Shown: piece by piece, positions 57,033-64,000 of the stretch
Layout of the letters: each line of letters opens with the position of its first letter
Position numbering within the stretch: the stretch's first letter is position 1
Notes under the pieces: generated by a model
Database searches by the model: none
What the model was told of the DNA's origin: nothing
What the model saw: only the letters and a program-made list of their open reading frames with translations
Program-made: the position numbers and the translations under genes
DNA from: Gammaproteobacteria bacterium
GTDB taxonomy: Bacteria; Pseudomonadota; Gammaproteobacteria; Magnimaribacterales; AG-339-G14
Assembly: GCA_003331625.1 (NCBI GenBank)
Contig: QOPF01000002.1
Location: forward strand, 65,482 to 129,481
Direction of reading: 5' to 3'
Length of the DNA stretch: 64,000 nucleotides

Positions 57033-59057
57033 TTACCTAAGGACTGCGTTAAGTTTCTTCTTCATATCCGAAACAATAAGATCAGCTTCTTTATTAATCT
57101 CAGCATCAGATAAAGTCTTTTTATTTGACCCCCATGACAGTCTAAAGGCAATACTTTTTTTGCCTTTTTTAATATTTGCACCTTCATACAAATCAAATAT
57201 TTTCATATCTTGAAGAAACGCCTTTGATGAATGCTTTACACAATTTTGTATTTCTTCAAAAGTTATAGAATTATCTACTTCAAAAGAGAAATCTCTTTGT
57301 GATGAAGGATAAACCGAAGAAGCTTTTAACCTAGTTAGATGGTTAGAAGAAATCGCTGATAAAAAAATTTCAAAATAATAAAAAGGTTTTTTAATATCTA
57401 AGTTCTTTAAAAAAATTGGATTTATACTGCCAATGCTACCAATAAAATTTTTTCCTGCAAAAATATCAGCTGAGGCATAAGGATGTAGGAGATTGTTTTT
57501 TGTTTTTTTCCAAGAAACTTTATCTACTCTGTATTCAGAAAAAAAATCTTCTAGAATTCCTTTTAAATAAAAGAAATCAAATTTTTGATTTGTATTCCAA
57601 TTCTTAAATTTTTCATCATCAAATAGAAGTCCAGAAAAATTAAGAGTTTCTTGAGGATTATCTAAAGAAAAAGACTTTCCAATTTCAAAAATTTTTAAAA
57701 AGTTTTCTCCTCTTTTTAAATTATATTCAAGATTAGATACCAAACTTGGTAATAATGAAGTTCTCAATGTACCTATTGTTTTGTTCAATGGATTTTTAAG
57801 AGAAATACTGTTTTTACTTATACTTAAATTTTCGAGAATCTTAGGATCAAGAAAAGAATAATTAATAACTTCATTGAATCCTTTGTTTTTCATGAATAAT
57901 TTAATTGAATCAGTAAACTGATATTCGGATACTTCATAGTTTTGATTTACAGTTAATGACTTAGATTCTGGTAATTGATCATAGCCAATAATTCTTGCTA
58001 CTTCTTCGACAAGGTCCTCTTTGATAGACAAATCAAATCTGTGGCTCGGTATTTTAAAGGATAATAAAGAATTATTTTTTTCTAAAAGACTTATTTCAAG
58101 TCTTTTTAAGATAGAAATAATTAGATTTTCCTTTAAGGAGGTACCAAGTTTTTTATTAATATCTTCAGAGGATATTTTAATAATTTTTTGTTTTGGAAAA
58201 AAACTATTCTTCTTGGTCTCTATCTTTGAAAAATCTCCATTATAAATTTCCTCTATTAAATTTACTGCCTCCGCTAAAGCCTTTTCATGAAGATTATAAT
58301 CGACCCCCCTCTCAAATCTTTGTGAAGCATCGGTTTGAAAACCATACCTTCTTGCCTTGCCTTTGATAGCAGACGGATCAAAGTATGCAGATTCTATAAG
58401 GAAGTTTTTAGATGATTTTTTTACAGAGTGATAGTTACCTCCAGAAATTCCAGCAAATGCAATTGGCTCCTTTGAGTCTGCAATTACCAAACAATCATCC
58501 TTTAATTCAAGATCATTATCGCCAAGAATTTGGAGCGTTTCATTTTTTTTTGCCAATCTAACTTCAAGATCACCCTTAATTTTATCTTCATCAAAGACAT
58601 GCATTGGCTGCCCTGTTTCAAGCATTATGAAATTAACGATATCAACAAGAGGATGGATAGACTGAATGCCTGCTGCCTTTAAGCTATTTTTAATTTTTTT
58701 AGGAAAATTGTTTGTCTTTTTAGGACTTAAATTAGATATTGAAATTGCTGAATAAGCCGAGCAAGCTTCTTTTGCAGATAATTTTATTTTTTTGGCAAAA
58801 ACTTTTGTACTTTTAAAATTGTGAGTTTTTTTTAAAGAAAAGGTAATATTTTTTAGTGCACAATAATCTCTAATTAAGCCTTTAACAGAAAAACAATCGC
58901 CTCTATTTGGCGTGAGATCAAAATTAATAACTTTATCTCCTTTGAAACTTTGAATGTCATCTACCTCAATACCAAGCATTGTTAGATCATCACAAAACCC
59001 ATCAATTTTTGGTTTTGTTTTTATCTTTTCGACTAAGCTTGAATAGAGTACTTTCAT
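57033..59057 (-). CDS. pheT: Phenylalanine--tRNA ligase beta subunit (short form, 674 aa)
   Basis: The B1-like N-terminus (LTMLGIEVDD) runs directly into the ...DLTPNRGDCFSVKGL region. B3/4, B5 and the C-terminal FDX-ACB-like domain are present. About 120 aa corresponding to the tRNA-binding OB domain of E. coli PheT are missing. Confidence 0.9.
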   Translation of the reverse strand: MKVLYSSLVEKIKTKPKIDGFCDDLTMLGIEVDDIQSFKGDKVINFDLTPNRGDCFSVKGLIRDYCALKNITFSLKKTHNFKSTKVFAKKIKLSAKEACSAYSAISISNLSPKKTNNFPKKIKNSLKAAGIQSIHPLVDIVNFIMLETGQPMHVFDEDKIKGDLEVRLAKKNETLQILGDNDLELKDDCLVIADSKEPIAFAGISGGNYHSVKKSSKNFLIESAYFDPSAIKGKARRYGFQTDASQRFERGVDYNLHEKALAEAVNLIEEIYNGDFSKIETKKNSFFPKQKIIKISSEDINKKLGTSLKENLIISILKRLEISLLEKNNSLLSFKIPSHRFDLSIKEDLVEEVARIIGYDQLPESKSLTVNQNYEVSEYQFTDSIKLFMKNKGFNEVINYSFLDPKILENLSISKNSISLKNPLNKTIGTLRTSLLPSLVSNLEYNLKRGENFLKIFEIGKSFSLDNPQETLNFSGLLFDDEKFKNWNTNQKFDFFYLKGILEDFFSEYRVDKVSWKKTKNNLLHPYASADIFAGKNFIGSIGSINPIFLKNLDIKKPFYYFEIFLSAISSNHLTRLKASSVYPSSQRDFSFEVDNSITFEEIQNCVKHSSKAFLQDMKIFDLYEGANIKKGKKSIAFRLSWGSNKKTLSDAEINKEADLIVSDMKKKLNAVLR

Positions 59058-59060
59058 AAA

Positions 59061-60038
59061 TTACTGTGATAAAAATTTAATATCATTTGAAAATAATGAT
59101 CGCATGTCCTCAATTTCGTAGAAAAGTTTTGCCATTCTCTCAACACCCATTCCAAAAGCAAATCCTGAAAATTCCTTTGAATCAAGTCCAGACATTTCTA
59201 TTACGTTGGGATGAACTAAACCGCATCCCATAATTTCTAACCAATCTCTTGAACTCTTATCCATGATATCTACTTCAGCTGAGGGTTCAGTGAAAGGAAA
59301 ATAAGAAGGTCTAAATCTAACTTTAGTTTCAGCGCCAAAGAAGAAATTTATGAATGTCATAATTTCACTTTTTAAATGACCAAAATTTACATTTTCACTT
59401 ATCACAAGGCCTTCAATTTGATGAAACATTGGTGTATGAGTTTTATCAGCGTCACTTCGATAGACTTTTCCTGGACAAATTATTTTTAGAGGTGCACCTC
59501 TCTTTTCAATAGATCTTATTTGTACTGGAGAAGTATGCGTTCTTAGTAAACTTCCATTTTCCAAATAAAAAGTATCATGCATATCTCTTGCAGGATGATC
59601 TGCGGGAATATTCAAGGCATCAAAGTTATAATAATCGCTTTCAATTTCTGGACCATCCTCTATCAAATATCCTTGAGCAGAAAAAAAATCTGTAATTCTT
59701 TTTGTGGTATTGGTTAAGGGATGAAGCTTTCCTTGTGTTTGAAAGGAGCCAGGAAGAGAAACATCTAGCTTCTCTTTTTCTAGTAAATTTTGTATGGATT
59801 TAATTTCTAGATTATCCTGAAATTTTTCAAAATTTATTTCAAATAAATTTCTTAACTCTCCAATTGCTTTGCCATAAGCAGGTTTTTCCTTGCTAGGTAG
59901 TTCTTTTATGGCTTTTGATAGTTTGGTTATCTGTCCCTTTTTACCCAGATATTTAACTTTTAAAGCAGTTAGTTCTTCTTTAGAAGAAATGGTTAGAAAA
60001 TCTTGTTCAAGACTCTTTTTTAAAGCATCTAAATCCAT
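59061..60038 (-). CDS. pheS: Phenylalanine--tRNA ligase alpha subunit
   Basis: It has the class II motifs HPARDMHDTFY, LLRTHTSPVQIR, FRPSYFPFTEPS and GFAFGMGVERM. Confidence 0.96.
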   Translation of the reverse strand: MDLDALKKSLEQDFLTISSKEELTALKVKYLGKKGQITKLSKAIKELPSKEKPAYGKAIGELRNLFEINFEKFQDNLEIKSIQNLLEKEKLDVSLPGSFQTQGKLHPLTNTTKRITDFFSAQGYLIEDGPEIESDYYNFDALNIPADHPARDMHDTFYLENGSLLRTHTSPVQIRSIEKRGAPLKIICPGKVYRSDADKTHTPMFHQIEGLVISENVNFGHLKSEIMTFINFFFGAETKVRFRPSYFPFTEPSAEVDIMDKSSRDWLEIMGCGLVHPNVIEMSGLDSKEFSGFAFGMGVERMAKLFYEIEDMRSLFSNDIKFLSQ

Positions 60039-60044
60039 GCTTCA

Positions 60045-60401
60045 TTATGCTGCATTTTCCTTAGCGAGAGTTACTAAATTAGAAAAAGCGTCGCTATCTT
60101 CCGCAGCTAATTCTGCTAGAACACGCCTATCTAATTCTATATTTAATTTTTTTAAGCTCGCCATAAATTTGCTGTAAGTTAAACCATTTTCTCTGACAGC
60201 AGCGTTAATCCTTACAATCCATAAAGAACGAAAGTCTCTTTTTTTAACCCTTCTGTCTCGATAAGCATATTGACCAGCTCGAGTAACCGCTTGTTTGGCT
60301 ACTTTGAAAGTTCTACTTCTTGCACCACGATAACCTTTGGCTAATTTGAGAATTTTTTTATGTTTTCTTCGAGATGCAACACCTCTTTTCACTCTAGACA
60401 T
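60045..60401 (-). CDS. rplT: 50S ribosomal protein L20
   Basis: It starts [29 protein letters not shown]... and is 118 aa long. Confidence 0.97.
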   Translation of the reverse strand: MSRVKRGVASRRKHKKILKLAKGYRGARSRTFKVAKQAVTRAGQYAYRDRRVKKRDFRSLWIVRINAAVRENGLTYSKFMASLKKLNIELDRRVLAELAAEDSDAFSNLVTLAKENAA

Positions 60402-60598
60402 TATGATCTCTCCTTAAACATTCTTTTGACAAGTTTTTCATCGCCTGCAGCAAGAGAAGTCGTTCCTCTTAACTGTCTTTTTGATTTCGTAGACATTTTT
60501 GTCAGAATGTGACGCTTATTTGCCTGCTTTCTTTTGAGTCCAGATCCAGTTTTTTTGAATCTTTTGGCGGCTCCACTATGTACTTTTATTTTTGGCAT
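60401..60598 (-). CDS. rpmI: 50S ribosomal protein L35
   Basis: It starts [30 protein letters not shown] and is 65 aa long. It overlaps the rplT start by 1 nt. Confidence 0.96.
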   Translation of the reverse strand: MPKIKVHSGAAKRFKKTGSGLKRKQANKRHILTKMSTKSKRQLRGTTSLAAGDEKLVKRMFKERS

Positions 60599-60605
60599 TT
60601 TATTT

Positions 60606-61148
60606 TTACTTTGTTTTTGAAGGTGATAATAACATTACTAACTGTCTTCCTTCGGAAAGAGGAGCTTGTTCAACTGCGCCAACTCCTATTAAATCCTCTT
60701 CAACCCTTTTTAAAAGCTCAAAGCCAATGTTTTGATGAGCCATTTCTCTTCCTCTGAATCTCATTGTAATTTTTGCTTTATCGCCTTCGCCTAGAAATTT
60801 TGTTATTTTTTTTAGTTTAATTTGGTAGTCGTTTTCTTCTGTACCAGGCCTAAATTTAACTTCTTTAACCTGAGTTTTCTTTTGTTTCTTTTTAGAAGCA
60901 GATTTCTGTTTTTTCTTATCAAAAAGATGTTTGCCATAATTCATCAACTTACAAACTGGAGTTTGTTTGTCATCATTTAACTGGACTAAGTCTAAACTTT
61001 CTTTTTTAGCTATGCTTAAGGCTTCATCTAAACTTTGTATACCTAGTTGCTCTCCTGAGCTAGATATAAGTCTTACTTTGTCTGCTTTAATAAACTTATT
61101 TATAGGTTGTTTATTTTCTTTTTTATAACTTCTTTTTGCTAATGCCAT
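60606..61148 (-). CDS. infC: Translation initiation factor IF-3
   Basis: It has [22 protein letters not shown] and a C-domain with VKEVKFRP....D, and is 180 aa long. The start taken is ATG 61148. An in-frame ATT sits immediately upstream (see the rejected notes). Confidence 0.94.
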   Translation of the reverse strand: MALAKRSYKKENKQPINKFIKADKVRLISSSGEQLGIQSLDEALSIAKKESLDLVQLNDDKQTPVCKLMNYGKHLFDKKKQKSASKKKQKKTQVKEVKFRPGTEENDYQIKLKKITKFLGEGDKAKITMRFRGREMAHQNIGFELLKRVEEDLIGVGAVEQAPLSEGRQLVMLLSPSKTK

Positions 61149-61189
61149 AATTACTTAGCTATGGAAGAAAAACTTCTTTCGTATACCAA

Positions 61190-63118
61190 TCAAACCTCCT
61201 TCGATTGAATTTTGTTATTTAAAATATCGCTAAATGCTTCAACTGACATCGCCCCCAAATCAGAACCTTTCCTGTCTCTAATAGCCAATGTCGAAGTCTC
61301 AATTTCCTTATCACCCAAAACTATGATGAAAGGAACTTTTTGCATAGAGTGGTGGCGGATTTTATAAGCGATTTTCTCATTCCTCAAGTCCGAATTGACT
61401 CTAAAACCCTTTTTTTTCAATATATTGGTTATTTCATCAGTTTTTTGGGCATGTTTTTCGGAAATATTTATTGCAACTGCTTGAATTGGAGCTAACCATA
61501 AAGGAAATTCTCCAGCGTACTGTTCAATAAGTATCCCGATAAATCTTTCAAAAGACCCTAAAAAAGCTCTATGCAGCATAACAGGTATATGTCTGTTTCC
61601 GTCGTCACCAACATAAGATGCCTCCAATCTTTCGGGAATATTAAAATCTGCTTGAAGTGTTCCGCACTGCCACTCCCTATTTAAAGAATCAGTTAGAACA
61701 AAATCTAATTTAGGACCATAAAAGGCACCATCGCCCTTTGCAACTTCATATGAAATTCCATGTTTTTTTATGGCTTCTTCAAGGGCATTTTCAGCTTTAT
61801 CCCAAATTTTATCTGAACCAACTCTTTCATTTGGCCTAGTTGAAAGTTTGATATCTAATTTTTCAAAACCCAATTCCTGATAAATTTCTGAAAGAACATT
61901 TATGAAAGATAATGCTTCTCCTTCAATTTGATCTTCAGTACAGAAAATATGCCCATCATCTTGGGTCATTTGTCTCACTCTCATTAACCCATGCAAGGTA
62001 CCTGAAGGTTCATATCTATGACAGGAACCGAATTCTGAGTATCGAATCGGTAAATCTCTGTAAGACTTTAAACCTTGATTATAGATTTGAACATGACATG
62101 GACAGTTCATGGGCTTCAACGCATTTACTCTTTTTTCATTAGCATGTTCTTCATCAATTTCAGTGATATACATATTCTCTCGATACTTATCCCAATGACC
62201 CGATTTTTCCCAAAGCTTTCTATCCACTACTTGTGGTGTTTTAATTTCCTCATATCCAGAAGTTTGTAATTTATCTCTAATATATTCTTCTAATATTCTA
62301 AATATAGTCCAACCCTTGGGATGCCAAAAAACCATTCCTGGAGCTTCTTCTTGAAAATGAAATAAATCATATTTTTGACCTAATTTTCTATGATCTCTCT
62401 TTGAGGCTTCTTCTAAATTATTTATATATTTTTTTAATTCTTTTTCGGTACTCCAGGCTGTGCCATATATTCTCTGAAGCATTTTTCCCTTTGAATTACC
62501 TCTCCAGTAAGCTCCTGATACGTTCAATAATTTAAAACTTTTTAAGTGTCTCATTGAAGTTACATGAGGTCCTTTACACATATCTACGTATTCTTCGTGA
62601 TAGTAAAGCGCGATAATTTCATCTTCTGGAATATCTTTTATGATTTCCAATTTATACTGTTCTTTTCTTTCTTTAAATACACTTTGTGCTTCTTCTCTTG
62701 AAACAATTTTTTTTATTACTGGGTATTCTTTAGCAGCAAGTTCTTTCATCCTATGTTCTATAGCTTCCAAGTCATTCTCAGAGAGTTTCTCATCAAGATC
62801 AATGTCATAGTAAAAACCATTTTCTATAACAGGACCAATAGCCATTTTTGCTTCAGGAAATAATTGTTTCAAAGCATGGCCAAAAAGATGAGCGCAGGAA
62901 TGTCTTATGATTTCTATTCCATCTTGATCAACATTTCTAACAATTTCCAAAGAACAATCTTTATCAAGAATATCTGACCCGTCTTTCAAGGTGCCATCTA
63001 CTTTCCCAGCAACAGTTGCTTTAAATAAGCCCTTACCAATTTCAGCTGCAACATCGTCTATAGATATTGAAGAGTCAAAATTTTTAGTTGAATTATCAGG
63101 AAGTGTGATTTTTACCAT
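61190..63118 (-). CDS. thrS: Threonine--tRNA ligase
   Basis: At 642 aa it has the TGS N-domain, the editing-domain HSCAHL and the class II core (FWHPKG, RMNCP, HRYEPSG, MLHRA). Confidence 0.97.
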   Translation of the reverse strand: MVKITLPDNSTKNFDSSISIDDVAAEIGKGLFKATVAGKVDGTLKDGSDILDKDCSLEIVRNVDQDGIEIIRHSCAHLFGHALKQLFPEAKMAIGPVIENGFYYDIDLDEKLSENDLEAIEHRMKELAAKEYPVIKKIVSREEAQSVFKERKEQYKLEIIKDIPEDEIIALYYHEEYVDMCKGPHVTSMRHLKSFKLLNVSGAYWRGNSKGKMLQRIYGTAWSTEKELKKYINNLEEASKRDHRKLGQKYDLFHFQEEAPGMVFWHPKGWTIFRILEEYIRDKLQTSGYEEIKTPQVVDRKLWEKSGHWDKYRENMYITEIDEEHANEKRVNALKPMNCPCHVQIYNQGLKSYRDLPIRYSEFGSCHRYEPSGTLHGLMRVRQMTQDDGHIFCTEDQIEGEALSFINVLSEIYQELGFEKLDIKLSTRPNERVGSDKIWDKAENALEEAIKKHGISYEVAKGDGAFYGPKLDFVLTDSLNREWQCGTLQADFNIPERLEASYVGDDGNRHIPVMLHRAFLGSFERFIGILIEQYAGEFPLWLAPIQAVAINISEKHAQKTDEITNILKKKGFRVNSDLRNEKIAYKIRHHSMQKVPFIIVLGDKEIETSTLAIRDRKGSDLGAMSVEAFSDILNNKIQSKEV

Positions 63119-63124
63119 AATTAT

Positions 63125-63157
63125 GACCTATACGAGCGGCCTTAATGTTCTATTATA
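63125..63157 (-). promoter_or_regulatory. Candidate thrS promoter (-10) and leader hairpin
   Basis: On the minus strand, TATAAT lies at 63157-63152. The leader ...GGCC-GCUCGUAUA-GGUC (63141-63125) ends 6 nt before the ATG at 63118, and its 3' arm overlaps the only purine-rich (AGG) element. Confidence 0.3.
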
Positions 63158-63166
63158 AACAAATTT

Positions 63167-63766
63167 TTATGGCGATAAAAGAAAGGACTCCCATTTATTT
63201 TCTAAAGAAAGTTCATATTTAAGTCTTTCGTGAGTTCGATTGTCTCTTTCTTTCCAAAATTCAATGGCATTAGGGGATATAAGATACAAACCACAATGTT
63301 TGGGTCTCTTAATAGAAGATTCATCATTTTTAGACAAATACTCTTCTATTTGATTAGTAAGTACTGCATATGATTCAATTTTTGAACTTTGATTCGAAAT
63401 TATCGCTGAAACTCTTGACTTAATTGGTCTTGAATCAAAATATGCGTCTGAATCTTGTTCAGAAGCTTTACTAATAACTCCTTCAATTCTGATCTGCTTT
63501 TTAAGTTCTCGCCACCAAAAATTTACTGCAACTTTAGCATTTAGATCGATTTCTTTGCCTTTCCTGCTGCTAAAGTTTGAATAGAAACTTATTCCTTGAT
63601 CGGAGATTTTTTTTAAAAGGACCATTCTAGAACTTGGCTGACCATTTTGACATACAGTAGCAATATTCATTGCATTCCAGTCAACTAAATTTTTATTTTC
63701 AGCTTCTTCTAGAGTTTTTAATAACTCCAGATAGGGCTCTTTAGAAACTTTTCCTTTCTCGACCAC
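63167..63766 (-). CDS. pdxH: Pyridoxamine 5'-phosphate oxidase
   Basis: It has PSSRMVLLK, FYSNFSSRKGKE and IEFWKERDNRTHERLKY. It starts at GTG and is 199 aa long. Confidence 0.9.
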   Translation of the reverse strand: MVEKGKVSKEPYLELLKTLEEAENKNLVDWNAMNIATVCQNGQPSSRMVLLKKISDQGISFYSNFSSRKGKEIDLNAKVAVNFWWRELKKQIRIEGVISKASEQDSDAYFDSRPIKSRVSAIISNQSSKIESYAVLTNQIEEYLSKNDESSIKRPKHCGLYLISPNAIEFWKERDNRTHERLKYELSLENKWESFLLSP

Positions 63767-64000
63767 TTATTTTTTTTTAACCCAATGATCTAAAGAGAGG
63801 TATTTTCCTCCCCCAAAAATTAAAGGCACTAATAAGATTATTATATATGTCGCGGCCATTTCATATCCGCCTGCATCTGCATTCCAACCATTAGGGAAGT
63901 GAAAATAAGCTGCAACAAACATAGCAAAAATGATTGGAACAGAAGCCCATCTTGTGAAAAGGCCTAACAATAGAAGTAAAGCTCCCCCAGCTTCAGCAAA
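63767..64000 (-). CDS. DoxX family membrane protein, C-terminal part (gene continues beyond the window end)
   Basis: The frame is open to position 64000: FAEAGGALLLLLGLFTRWASVPIIFAMFVAAYFH...GGGKYLSLDHW, the typical DoxX C-terminal half. The TTG 'start' at 63970 in the track is internal. Confidence 0.75.
   Translation of the reverse strand, partial: FAEAGGALLLLLGLFTRWASVPIIFAMFVAAYFHFPNGWNADAGGYEMAATYIIILLVPLIFGGGKYLSLDHWVKKK

Noticed and set aside
60509-60757. An 82-aa plus-strand ORF opposite rpmI/infC.
   Set aside because: It is antisense to two universally conserved genes, so it is an artefact.
61146-61151. An in-frame ATT codon immediately upstream of the infC ATG (…TAA GTA ATT ATG…), recalling the conserved AUU start of infC.
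   Set aside because: ATT versus ATG initiation cannot be distinguished from sequence alone. The adjacent ATG is a sufficient start, and the adjacency may be coincidental in AT-rich DNA.

Overview
This is an AT-rich, very gene-dense bacterial chromosome segment; G+C is about one third, from hand counts of a few lines. It holds about 70 protein genes and one tRNA. Many gene junctions are 0-10 nt or overlap. I saw no rRNA, CRISPR array, transposase, integrase or phage genes. The minus-strand order thrS-infC-rpmI-rplT-pheS-pheT-ihfA-merR-tRNA-Pro(GGG) (63.1 to 56.4 kb) is the Gammaproteobacteria/Pseudomonas-type arrangement. From this I infer a genome-streamlined, possibly marine planktonic (SAR86-like) gammaproteobacterium; this taxon call is inference only. 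Other housekeeping genes are def, guaB-guaA, fumC, photolyase and pdxH. The rest is mostly small-molecule oxidation, CoA-thioester and glutathione chemistry: acyl-CoA ligase, carboxyltransferase, PhyH dioxygenase, crotonases, SDRs, MDR, AKR, FAD monooxygenase, amidase, esterase, ACAD, thioesterase and many GST-fold proteins. I found no recognisable defence system or mobile element. The most system-like loci not explained by standard pathways are: (i) a co-directional 9.4-kb block (20.8-30.3 kb) with six GST-fold genes around a family-III CoA-transferase, plus a PAP2 phosphatase and a DUF3604 lipoprotein; (ii) a five-gene translationally coupled KdsB-like cytidylyltransferase / DegT aminotransferase / two SDR / 2-hydroxyacid dehydrogenase operon (35.3-39.7 kb) with a repeat-bearing upstream region; (iii) a four-gene FMN-oxidase / CmcJ-NvfI / NTF2 / MDR operon (8.3-11.8 kb). 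Smaller observations are a PheT lacking the tRNA-binding OB domain, a frame-disrupted cupin gene next to tRNA-Pro, a strong terminator with a possible sRNA or long 3'UTR, a thrS leader hairpin with a CGU loop, and two unannotated small ORFs. All functional calls rest on motif and family recognition by eye, with no database search.
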